NCBI RefSeq assembly: GCF_009914755.1
Contig: NC_060936.1
DNA: 64,000 bases
Origin: the human T2T-CHM13v2.0 reference genome, Homo sapiens
Reading direction: 5' to 3' (one strand)
Every line of letters starts with the position of its first letter. Positions within the stretch are counted from its first letter, which is position 1. Positions 15,942 to 31,830 of this stretch are shown piece by piece. The notes under the pieces were generated by a model. That model did not search any database. It was not told the DNA's origin and saw only the letters and a program-made list of their open reading frames with translations. The translations under genes and the position numbers were made by a program.

Positions 15942-17191
15942 ATTCTTTGTAGAAATTAGCTCCCTAAATACTTGGGGTTGGTGAAGGAGACTGGGGATTT
16001 GGAAGACTTTTCTTAGGAGTCTTGTTTAGCATTCAGAAGGGACTCAGGCCACACTGGGTTTCTATTTTAGGTTGAAAGTTGTGGCTCCTCACTGCCCTTT
16101 TTACCCACAATAAATTGCATAGCAAATCCGTAAAAGCGATGACTCATCTCCTAATCCTGCCCCTTAAAGGGGGAAACCAGATGCTTGCAGTTCCCCAAGT
16201 GGTAGTGTTGATCATGCCAAGGTGAGGACCGTCGTTCCATCCCTTGCAAAGTGAATCAAAGTGAATTGTAGCCAAACACAGATAAGACCAGAGGGTGTCT
16301 GCACTGAGCAGTCCAGGAAGGAGGGGAGCTGCAGTGGCTGTCACCGGGCTGGGACACGAGGAGGAATTGCAGGTGAAATCAGATCCAGTTTCAACTTGAG
16401 GAAAATTCAGCCCCGGGCGCTGCTGGTAGAGCCCAGACCTTGATGCTGAGTCATCTGCACAGAGAATTCCGTGACAGAAAGGCCGTGGGTAGAGACGTGA
16501 ATGGAGGAAGTGGAGTAGATGAAATGGTTAAATGTTGGAGAAAAGAGGCTATTTATGAATATGACCACTGTCATTCAGATAAAATTTCTGGACTGTTATC
16601 ATTGAAAAAAGTCTCATTATGTTTCTATTTGAAAGCAAACCATTATGCTTTTTTGAGGAAAAAAAAAAACTGTGAGTCACGTTATGCTTGCAAGTGTTTA
16701 ATTCAGACCATTTCATCTTTAAGAAGGCCCCTGGTCACATTATACGGATGATTTGCTTATTAAATGGAACTCCTGTTTCTTGCACCATGTTGTGGGGTCA
16801 ATATGAGAAGCCTAATTAACAGAATAAAAAGCATTAAAGCTTCTTTAGCTAAAGTCAAACTTAGAGAATTGTCTAATGGTATGTAGCCCCTCGTTCTAAG
16901 ATGGGCGTTTTCCCCAGATAACTTGAAAATCTACTGGTAACAGCCACTTCCCTTTAAAGAATTCTATTACTAATAGCCATGACAAAATGGTATTGTATTT
17001 CAAAGTTAAGAATTTGCAGGCCTTAAAAACTAACTTATTTTTCCTGATTATTGAGTTTATTGTAGAATTCTACGTGTAAGCATTCCCCAGCCGCTATAGC
17101 TTTGAATAAGCAGAGCTTTTTTCAGAGTTCTGGTAGCGCCCAGCCCAGCACCTTTTATTCTGAATGTGAAGTGTGTGCCTCCGTGTCACAG

Positions 17192-17347
17192 AGTCACAGC
17201 CTCCCCAGGGACGCTGCGCGCGGAGCCCTGTCAGAGCAGCGCGTCAGTGACAGCGGCAGCCGAGCCAGGAAGTTATCAGGCAGCCTCGACCACCACCAGA
17301 TTTGACTCCGCGAGCTCTTTTGAGGGAAAACCTGGTAAAACGTCAAG
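17192..17347 (+). CDS. SFSWAP: SFSWAP alternative cassette exon, 156 nt, +52 aa
   Basis: tcacag|A...TCAAG|gtgtct; phase 2/2 and stop-free: (R)VTASPGTLRAEPCQSSASVTAAAEPGSYQAASTTTRFDSASSFEGKPGKTS(R). The 52-aa size matches my recollection of the longer SFSWAP isoform. Confidence 0.8.
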
Positions 17348-18582
17348 GTGTCTAACTGACCTCGCCTTTATCATCTGTTCTGTAAATCTTAGGAAAGGTC
17401 TGGGAAAAAAATCAAAACGATTCTGTCCGTTAAAGGGCAGCCACTCCTGGCCCTCCAGGATGCCGGGGTCTGAGTGATCCCGAGCTGATCTGCAGAAGCA
17501 CAGCCTGTGGCATTTGCGGTTTATTGTCATGAAAATGATTCAACGTAGAACTTTTTCAAATGGCAAAATCAAACCGCTCTTCTTTATATTGTTTTTGAAT
17601 GAGTTGTCATGGAAACAAAATGGAAATAAATGGTGTTTTTTTTCCAGATTTGTGCTCATTGCAGGTCTTCCCAAAATAGTAGCTTTACTGAATGAACAAA
17701 GAACTAAAATGAAGGTCCCAAACTCATCGCTAAGGGGCCTCCACTAAAGAGCATCACCCCTGGAGGGGCGCGGGTCTCAGGGTCCTTGGCCGCGTGTGGA
17801 TTATGTCACCACAGGAGAGGGACGAGTCCTTTCCAGGCACATGAGGAGGAGGAATCAGTGTTAATGGGTGGCTTTGCATCTGTGAAATCGCATAAACTTA
17901 AGTTAGCTGAAGCTGTCGTGAGACTGGCATTTCCAAATTGGATTGAAGGTTTCAGGCTTCATGCCAGCGCACCACAGCCTGTTCCTGAGTATCTGTGCTG
18001 AGAGGCTGTAAGATTAGTGTGAACAGGAGAAACTTCCAGGTAGGCCTCTAGCTTCATTACCGTTGGGTTTCTTACTGCCGGTATTCAGACAGGTAGACAT
18101 GACTCGCTGGAGTTTGATTGCCTTTTCTTACCTCATGTTGGTAGAAACATCAATGAGCTGAAATGTATAGGGAGATAAAATGGGCAGAGGCAGGAGGAAG
18201 GAAGAGGAAGCGCCAGCCTGAGGTGGTCATGAACTGCATACTCAGACCGTGGCTCATGGGGAATTGGTTGCCATTGACCACGTGAAGCAGCTCCAGCCTC
18301 CACGCCAGTTGCATGTTGGTTAAAAGTTTGTCCTTGGTGCGATAAGTGTGTGGAACGGGAGAGAGACCATCTCTGCCTCTGAGATTGGATTCGGGTTTCA
18401 GTTCGTTGTCGGTAAAGTAGTGAAGTGTGGCAGGGGTTCTCTGAAGCCTCAGGGTCTACACAGGCACCACCCTGAGGAGCAGCCTCTGCAGACGGGGCCT
18501 GATCTCTGCCAGGGCAGTAGGAAGCATGACACGTCCCGCCAGCCAGGCCACAGAGCTGAACACTGCCTCCTCCCCTGTCCAG

Positions 18583-18708
18583 GTCCCGCTCCCGGTCCCC
18601 TCGGAGGAGAGCCCACTCCCCTGAGAGACGGAGGGAAGAGAGGAGTGTGCCCACTGCCTACCGCGTGAGCCGCAGCCCTGGGGCCAGCAGGAAGCGGACC
18701 CGCTCCAG
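18583..18708 (+). CDS. SFSWAP: SFSWAP coding exon (probably exon 15), 126 nt, RS-rich
   Basis: cctgtccag| ... |gtaggc; translates (R)[41 protein letters not shown](R), in frame with the flanking exons. Confidence 0.96.
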
Positions 18709-20561
18709 GTAGGCCACTGGGTGTGCACGCAGGTGCTGGATGTGGGCCAGGTTTCCCTGGGTGGAAAGGGCGTCTGAAGGTCGGGTATCTGTGAGCAGAG
18801 CTGTGGATGACCAGAGGGAGGTGCTGAGTCCCCCACCACCCCCCCACCCCCAGTGGCATGGCCATCACTGTTGACACTTGATCACACTGAGCTCCTGTGT
18901 CTGGTGGGCGGGGGTCACTTACCCACCGGGGCTCTGCACGGCCTGGCTTCGTGTCCAGCTTTCCACTGTGCTGGTACCTCGGCTGGGTCCACATGCAGCT
19001 GCTGCCCCTCTACCTGCTGGTGGAGAGGACAGGAAGGCACAAACAGAAGGAAAATGCAAGCTTCCGGTCCTAAAGCCTCCTGGTCTCAAGGGCAGTCACT
19101 GTGGTTGCCTGGCTGCTGTGTGACGGTGACTACGGCCCAGGCTGGAGCTCCCAGGAGAGGCCACAGAGTCCTGTTGGGGCCTAGAGGGCAGGGAGCATCC
19201 ATCGCTTACCTCTTGACCACTAAGGAGAGCCTGTCTTGGTTGGAGCAGGAGATGGAGGGAGGTTAGCATTCATGTTCATCAAGTAGAAGCCCCAGCCGTG
19301 GTGCCTGGCAGGGCCTCTGACAGCCCAGGGTGCCACGGGCTCACCCCTCACTCAGTGCCTGGCACTCAGTAGAGGTTCCACCTTTCACTTCAGGAAATAG
19401 GTCCACCATCTGTCCGCTCACCCCGGCTTCCAGTAGCTGTGGACGGCCACCTCCATTGGTGCCGCCAGTGAGCACTACCCTCTCGGCCGTGGGGGTGCCA
19501 TCTCACGAGCGCCTCCTCTGGTTCTCACCCACTGATGTCACCACCCAGTGCCTTGCGTGGGGCAGCCGTGCATTTCCACTCTTTCCAAGCACAAGGAGCT
19601 TGTTTTGTGTCCCCATGTGGAGTTCGTGCAGCCTCCTGGCTGTGTGGGTGGACCGTGTCTGCGTCTGGAGCTACACAGAGAAGGATGGAGCATTGCACAT
19701 CGTAGCCTTGAGCTTCATAACACGGCACTGCTAAGTGCATGGGGGTCAGGACACTCAGGGTCCCAGAGCCTTCCAGAGGACGAGCCTTACATTGCCAGGG
19801 TCACCCACACACTGGGACCCTCCTGCTCCTGGGACGGATGGTCCCAGCCATCACCCACACTGCCTAGCCACAAGGCACACACTAGGCAGAGAGCCACAGC
19901 AGGTCCTCCCCACAGCACCCTGGGCAAGAAGACCGTGCTGCGGTTGGCCTAGTACCACGGTTCCCTCCGTTGACAAGATGTGATTTTTTTTTTAAAACAG
20001 AAAAATTAGCAAAGGAACTATAAAGCGGATAGATACCAGCAATGTTTCATGTACACCTGGCTCTGTTTATAAATTACATTTTGTTCCTTAGTAATCCTAC
20101 ACTGAGCATTCATGTCTGCTCTCATACAATCTGATGAAAATTAAAATGTTAGAATCCATCCCTTAAACAAGTAATTTCACATCAGAAATTCACCATCACC
20201 TTTGGTATATGTGAAGGGCATGGTTAGAAATTAATTCCGTCTCAACAGAAGAGGCCTTGCTTTGCCTTCACATTAACCTTTGCTTTAAGAGAGACCTCGT
20301 GTGAGCAAGTAGTGATTGTATCTGGAAGTAGCAGCGTCCTGATGGCCAGCCAGCACACTCAGACGCCAGACTCGCGTGACCTGCTGACATTCTCACCGAG
20401 CACTAACAGGTCACACAAGAGAAGCAAAGGGTTAGACTCAGTGCAGTGCTGAGCCCTGAGCTGCCGTGCCCAGACAGACGGAATTAAACCTGCAAACCAA
20501 AGTCTGCGGAGTGTTAAACTGTGATTCACTAGGAACTCAATAGAGGTGAATACGTGTGTAA

Positions 20562-21665
<1,104 letters not shown>

Positions 21666-23230
21666 GTGTACAATAAACACCCATATGCATAAAATCTGTA
21701 GCTCAGTTCCACAAGAGCTGACATTTTGCCACATTGCTCTCTCTCACCCCTTCCCATCCCGCCCATCCCATCCACTCCCCTCCCTCCCTCCTCCGTTCGT
21801 GTGTGTATTTCATGACCTTGGCATTCCTGAGAATTCCAGGCCAGCTCCACTATAGATGGTCCCACAGTTGGGCTTCGTCTTGCTGTGTCCCCGTGGCTGG
21901 GTTCAGGGCAAATGTTTTGGCTGCGTAGGCGACATTGCGTAGCTTCCCATTGCATCACAGATCAGGACACACAGAAGTGTCCATTTGTCCCATCATTCAT
22001 GATGCTAAGTTTGACCACTTGATTAAGTCTGCATCTGCCCCTTCGTCTCCCCACCAGCGAGGAATCCAGGAGGTGACACTGAAGCAGCGCGGCTCTCCTG
22101 CTCCCAGCAGCTGTCTTCTCATTTGTCTCAGCATCCCTGGGTGACCCCTGCCTGAATCAGTTCTTACACTGCTGACTGCAAAATAGTGACTTTCCCCCTC
22201 TCTTCTTCCTTCTGTGTTTATGCTGAAGACCCTGCCCCTTTGTTTAAATCTCACCGTGGACTCAGGAGCATTTTTGGTTTTGATTTTTTATTTGTTGTGT
22301 GATAATCCATTGCTATTATTATTCTATTAGATGGTGACATTGTCTCCAGTTTGGCCAGTGGCAACCCTTCCAAGTCAGTTCTGTTCTTTTGACACCTCCC
22401 ATAGTTCTTTGCATTCTTGCGTTTGGTACAAGATGTTCCAGGTTTACTGGGCATTTTCCCTGCTCCAGCCCTGGAATCTACCATTTCTTCAAGGACCTCT
22501 GGTTCCTTTTAGTGAATATTTGAAAATCCAGATGTGGACGTATGAGGAATTTTTAGGAGTAAAATTTGGTACAGTGTGGAAATATATAAAACAACATTCA
22601 TGAAAGTTATTTTGAGTATGTCATAAAAGTGTTTTTCAGCCAGGCACAATGGCGGGCACCTACAGCCGCAGCTACTTGGAGGGCTGAGTGGATCTCTTGA
22701 GCCTAGGAGTTCACATCCAGGGCTTTTCACAAGAATATTGACCAAATCTTCTGGTAGCACACTTCAACAAGATGTCCCGGTTATCTTATTGTAGCAAATA
22801 CAATGAATGATTAGTTACAAGTTTTTCCCATTGAGTTTCTAGTACTTAACACTGCACGAGGCACATGGACAACTATTTGTTGAGTGAGTGAATGGGAGTT
22901 CACTGCTGCAGTAAAGATCTGCCTTTATACATGAAATGTTAATTCCAGGTAGACTTTGCTAAGCGAAGGATGCATAACCTAATTCCCTAGAGCAACCACT
23001 AAAAACAAAAATGTAGCTAAAAAGCCAATAGCAGATATAAAGTAGGATTCTAGATGCTTTCTTAAATTCATGAAACAGCAGAAAAGGGCAGGTGGGGGAA
23101 AGAACAAATGGGACAAATAAAAACAAGATTGTAGACTTAAAACCATCTGTAAAATAATTACATTAAATGTAAGAAGACTAAAGACTAGTTAAAAGGCAGT
23201 GATTGTGGAGTGGATTAAAGAGCAAGACCT

Positions 23231-23897
<667 letters not shown>

Positions 23898-23995
23898 TTA
23901 AAAAATAGATGAAGGAACACTTCCCATCTCATCTCTTGAGTCCATCATAACTCTCATACCTAAGCCAGATAAGGATTCTGTGTTTGGGGGAGGGG

Positions 23996-24822
23996 GTGTG
24001 CACATGCACCCTTGTCTGTTCACAGATCAGTACTGTGTGCACCCGTGTGTGTTCACGGATCAGTACTGTGTGCACACGTGTGTGTTCACTGGTCATTACT
24101 GTGTGTGCACCCGTGTGTGTGCACAGACCAGTACAGTGTGTGCACTCGTGTGTGTTCACGGATCAGTACTGTGTGTGTGCACGTGTGTGTTCACGGATCA
24201 TTACTGTGTGTGCGCCCATGTGTGTTCACGGATCAGTACTGTGTGTGTGCACGTGTGTGTTCACGGATCGTTACTGTGTGTGCACCCGTGTGTGTTCACA
24301 GATCATTACTGTGTGTGCGCCCGTGTGTGTTCACGGATCATTACTGTGTGTGCGCCCGTGTGTGTTCACAGACCAGTACTGTGTGTGCATATGTGTGTAT
24401 TCACAGATCAGTACTGTGTGTGCACCCGTGTGTGTTCACAGACCAGTACTGTGTGTGCATATGTGTGTGTTCACAGATCAGTACTGTGTGTGCGCCCGTG
24501 TGTGTTCACAGATCAGTACTGGTGTGCATGTGTGTGTTCACAGACCAGTACTGTGTGTGCATATGTGTGTGTTCACAGATCAGTACTGTGTGTGCACCCG
24601 TGTGTGTTCACAGACCAGTACTGTGTGTGCATATGTGTGTGTTCACAGATCAGTACTGTGTGTGCACCCGTGTGTGTTCACAGATCAGTACTGGTGTGCA
24701 TGCGTGTTAACAGACCAGTGCTGTGTGTGCACATGTGTGTTCACAGATCAGTACTGGTGCACATGCATGTGTGTTCACAGACCAGTGCTGTGTGTGCCCA
24801 TAAGTATATGTTCACAGACCAG
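23996..24822. repeat. 33-35-bp VNTR (GTGTGTGTTCACAGATCAGTACTGTGTGTGCACCC), about 24 copies
   Basis: Read directly; explains the three Cys/Val-rich ORFs. Confidence 0.95.
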
Positions 24823-25211
24823 GACTCTCAAGAACATAGATGCAAAAATACTTCACAAAATATTAGCCAACTAAGTATTACTGAGACTCCTGTTCTCCAC
24901 AAGTTGACGCAGAGATGCAGTGCAGTCCCACTCAGAGCTCCCACGGCTTTTCTAGAAATTGGCACACAAACTCCAAAGCGTGTGTGGAAATGCAGATGAC
25001 CTGGGAGACCCAAAACAACCTCCTTGACAAAGAGCAGGATTTCAAGACTTACCAGAAAGCTACAGTAACCAAGGCAGTGTGGTGTCAGCATGAGGATACA
25101 ATAGAGCAGTGGGATGGAATAGAAAGTACAGAAAAAAAATTCCATACCCAAAGGGCAGGGGGCCGGGACCACAGCCACAGCGATTCAGTGAGGAAAAAGA
25201 GAAAGGAAAGT

Positions 25212-26859
<1,648 letters not shown>

Positions 26860-28084
26860 TCAGGGTGTGCGCACTTGCCAAGCTCAGCGGCAGCACCGAG
26901 GACAGCGTTTCACCCAATGGACAGTGGCACCTCGGTGCTTTAAAAAAAAATGAATGAGTTGCTCCATTCCTTCAGCAAGGGCTTAGATCAGATTGTAGCA
27001 GAATTGAACCAGTTTGCAGTTAAGGATTAGTAACCTGCCTTTTGTTCATTATGCAGCCACATAAACTCAGCTGGATTTGGGGAGTAAGTCATTTTGGACA
27101 CATGTCACATGCTGGTATATGTTTTATTTATTTGCCGCTTCCTTTGAAATCCTGGCATGTGTTTACAGACAACAATTTCACAAAACATTTTGCAGTTTAG
27201 AAAAATGACTCTTTCGTGCAGGTCCCACATGCGTGTGTTGAACAGTAAACAACATGTTGTCCTCACTGGGCACGTCAGGCAGGCTTCCAGAAGATGCCAA
27301 GTCATCTGCCCGGGCCCAGCTCACCAGGGACAGCCCCTCCAGCAGCTGGATTTAAGCTGCCAGCGAGCACCGTCTCTGGCAGGTCCCGCCTTGTTTGAAT
27401 GGAGCTGGGTGGGAGCGCCACAGGTCTGGCGCTGCTGCTTAGGTCACTTCACTGGCACCAACACAGTCTGCTCACGCCCAGAACCACACAAGGGAGCCCG
27501 GACAGAAACGCTCAGTCCCCCCCTGCATATCGGGGCTGTCCCTACCAGGGCATGCTGTGGTCCCTGGCTACCGCAGCTCTGTCTAAGTTCTGCAGGGCCA
27601 GGCACTGGTGAGGTCCTAGAGATGGGTAGAGGGCACAGCCCCTCGATGGGGTCTGCACCCCAGACTCTGAGCACAGCCCCAGCCATTAAGCAAGAATGTC
27701 CCAGATATCGGGGGGTGGCACAAGAAATGCATGAAGTCCGGAGGCCCTGATGAGGGGCAGGGCTTGGGGTAACTGGGCCTGTGCACAGGCCCTGGAGGTC
27801 TCCCTGGAAGGCAGAGGAGGCCAGGCTGGGAAGGGGCTTCGTGGCACGCAGAATCATAAGGGAGGCCAGACGCTTGCAGCTGTGCAAATAGCAACCCCAG
27901 GAGAGAGTCAGACACCAGCAGAGAACCACGGTTCCCCCTTCAGGTTGGCACATTGAGCAGTTTGGGTCCACCTGGATAACGAGCGTGAGGCTGAGCCAGG
28001 GAGTCCCCCTGGCAGCTTCTGCAGCAGAGGGCCCCGCAGCCCTACTCCTGGGATCTGTCCTGCCCAGGCACCAGCAAGCAGGAT

Positions 28085-28182
28085 GGGAGGGGAGGGATAG
28101 GGGAGGGGAGGGGAGAGGGGGAGGGGAGGGGAGGGGAGAGGAGAGGGGGAGGGGAGGGGAGGGAAGGAAGGAAGGAAGGAAA
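28085..28182. repeat. (GGGGA)n/(GGAA)n polypurine tract
   Basis: Read directly from the sequence. Confidence 0.9.
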
Positions 28183-29274
28183 TCAGTGATGCAAATGACC
28201 CATGCAAAGACTCTCCAAGAAACACTGTACTCAGGGCCAGAAGCGCAGGCTGCAGCGTCTGTTACAGACGAATTCTGAAAGAAGATGCCAGGTAGGGCAC
28301 CTCAGGGCCTGGAGGGCCTCACAGGAAGGGCTCAGGCCTGTCTGCCTTTACCAAGTACATGTTCACTCTCTTAGGTGTTTGTAGGGGAGTGGCCAAGACA
28401 GCCACGTGGCTCAGGTGTGGAATGAAGCTAGACCAGGTGGAAGCCGAAGGGTCGGCCTCTCCAGGCAGGAGAGAAGGATGATCTAAGGGCAGGTGCAGGC
28501 CAGAATGTCTGGAAAGCATTTCTGGTGCGGGATTGCCAGTTTGGTGACGTGGACTCTGGGAAGCAAGGGGACAGGGGACAGCAGTCAGAGCTGAGCTGCT
28601 GCCCACAGAGCAGGCTCCACTGCCCAGAGGCTAAGCGGTATCACCAAGCGGCGGACAACTGGCAGGTCAGGAAGAAGTGCCACTCCAGCCTGGACAACAG
28701 AGTGAGACCCCATCTCTTAAGAAAAAGGAAGAAGCAGCACCAGAAGCTGCGCCCCCTAGTCTTAACTGTCTGGGAGGCTGAGGCAGGAGGTTGCTTGAGG
28801 TCAGGAGGTGAAGGCTGCAGTGAGCTGTAATGGCACCACTGCACTCCAGCCTGGACAGCAGCACGAGACCTTGTCTGTTTTTTCAAAAAAAAGGAACACT
28901 AAACTTTGATGTATTGATACTTTAATAAATTTCCTGTATCTTTTTGGAAATTTTTATTGATGAAACATAAGTGGCAAAGCACTATGAACTGCCTGTGGTG
29001 GCTTATCTTAGGTATTTTACATGTAAATAAAATGCTGGTTGCATCTTAAATACCACAAGTATTTTACTTGAGGTCCTAAATGGGGACGCGTCATCTGTTA
29101 TCAGTTAAATGAAATAAGTAGCTTTAAGAGAAGTTAATGGGTTTGGAGTGGTTCCGTCCCTGAATTGTGCCTTGATGAACTCTTAGCCAAAAACTGGCTC
29201 AGATCCGAGCTTCTCCCTTTGTGCCCTGCCTTTAAACCAAAGCTGCATCTCTCACAGAAACTCTTGCCTTTCAG

Positions 29275-29457
29275 AAGTCCCCACGAGAAGAAGAAGAAGA
29301 GGCGGTCCCGGTCGCGGACCAAGTCCAAGGCCAGGTCTCAGTCGGTGTCACCCAGCAAGCAGGCAGCGCCCCGGCCCGCGGCCCCCGCGGCCCACTCGGC
29401 GCACTCAGCCAGCGTCTCCCCTGTGGAGAGTCGGGGCTCCAGCCAGGAGCGCTCCAG
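29275..29457 (+). CDS. SFSWAP: SFSWAP coding exon (probably exon 16), 183 nt
   Basis: ctttcag| ... |gtaacc; translates (R)[60 protein letters not shown](R). Confidence 0.96.
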
Positions 29458-30121
29458 GTAACCCCTGTCCTCCAGCAGCTCTCTCTGGGGAAAGGCAAGG
29501 GGCGGCCAGCAGGACTCTCCCTCCTCCCTGAGTCCTTGCCTATGTCAGTACTCGCCTGTGTCCAGGGGGCGCCAGCCACAAAGCCAAACCGCACCCCCTC
29601 TAGCAAGGAAGTCGCCCTAGATGTGGCTTCTCACAATCCATGAGCGCTCAGAGGAGCAGGTCCTGTACTGGGGAGACCCTCCTGCAGAGCCCAGGAGTGG
29701 AGCAGTCCACTTGAAGCAGCCCAAGTGTCACACACGTGCCTGATGCCCACCAGGCACACTGGGCTGTGCAATGACCAGTAGACCGGGAACTGTCACCAGG
29801 TCCCCAGGCTGCCGTGGCTGGAGCAGGTCCCCAGGCTGCAACGGCCAGGGCCAAATGACGCCAACCTGTCACCGGGCATCACACCTGGGCAGCAGCACAG
29901 ACGTGGGCGTCCCAGTCCCGGGCTAGGTGATAATGACTTCAAGTCAGACACCCTCCGCTGCCCAGGCACCCACACCCTGGGGGGACCAGAGAGGGCAGCA
30001 TCTGGGAACAGCTGCTCCCTTTAAACTGATTGCTTCCATAAATGTCAATCATGGGAGTAACGCGCAACTGTTCCATTCTAGTGGCAGAGGCCTCAGCTAA
30101 TTTGAGATGGATTAGAATCTA

Positions 30122-31083
<962 letters not shown>

Positions 31084-31133
31084 TCAGCATCTTCACACGG
31101 TTGTAAGCTCTGCTCTCTCTCTCTCTGCATTAG

Positions 31134-31206
31134 GGGAGTCTCTCAGGAAAAAGAAGCCCAGATCTCTTCAGCAATCGTTTCTTCCGTGCAGAGCAAAATC
31201 ACTCAG
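31134..31206 (+). CDS. SFSWAP: SFSWAP coding exon (probably exon 17), 73 nt
   Basis: (ct)n tract then gcattag| ... |gtcagt; translates (R)GVSQEKEAQISSAIVSSVQSKITQ and restores phase 0. Confidence 0.95.
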
Positions 31207-31519
31207 GTCAGTGGGCACGCCCCCCTCCCGCTCCCAGCCTTTCATCAAGGGGCCTCGTGGTTTCTCTGTTGCTAATTTTCATTCCCTGTCCCTCCTGTCC
31301 CTGTCATGGGACAGGGATCTCGGGCAAAATACCACAGGCTCTGGGTGAGGCCGAGGGCAAAGCCGTGTGGCCCGCACCCTGCACAGCCAGGCTCCTCCGC
31401 CGCCCCCACGGTGCTAGCACCGTCTGGTCTTGACCACCAACTCGTTGATGAATTTCTTCACCACGTGGGTTGTCTGGCCAGGTCTTCACAGGTTCTCCTC
31501 TGTGTCTCGCCCTGCACAG

Positions 31520-31585
31520 GATCTCATGGCCAAAGTCAGAGCGATGCTTGCAGCTTCCAAAAACCTGCAAACCAGCGCTTCCTGA
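31520..31585 (+). CDS. SFSWAP: SFSWAP terminal coding exon segment with stop codon
   Basis: cctgcacag| then DLMAKVRAMLAASKNLQTSAS*; TGA at 31583-31585. Confidence 0.96.
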   Translation, partial: DLMAKVRAMLAASKNLQTSAS

Positions 31586-31830
31586 GACGGGGCCAGCGGA
31601 GGCAGAGCCGGGAGGCTGCGTGGGCTTCTGGGCAGGCTCACGCAGACGCCGGCCACACCATCCACCTGGCCGCCTCCATGGACCCTTGGTGGCTTTTGTA
31701 AATTAATTTTTGATGACATTTTGAGTTTTAAGATTTCTGACCAGCAGTCTCTTACCTGTATATTTGTAAATATATCATGTTTCTGTGAAAATGTATTATG
31801 AAATAAAATGGGAGGAAACACCTTTTCTAG
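31586..31830 (+). other. SFSWAP: SFSWAP 3' UTR (short form)
   Basis: Runs from the stop codon to about 20 nt past AATAAA, with upstream UGUA elements (31757, 31765, 31792). Confidence 0.75.
31802..31807 (+). terminator. Polyadenylation signal AATAAA of SFSWAP
   Basis: Canonical hexamer with a GU/U-rich downstream element (gcgtggtttcttccttctctccttggttgg, 31840-31870). Confidence 0.85.

Noticed and set aside
23996-24822. CRISPR-like appearance of the regular arrays (also 11130-11436 and 33518-33762)
   Set aside because: Units are contiguous with no unique spacers, there are no cas genes, and the context is mammalian.
23980-24999. Three Cys/Val-rich ORFs (339, 296 and 232 aa)
   Set aside because: Translations of a stop-poor VNTR in all frames, not a metallothionein- or keratin-associated gene.
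29165-29274. N-terminal extension of the 98-aa ORF upstream of the SFSWAP exon
   Set aside because: Intronic read-through; the coding part begins at the acceptor at 29275.
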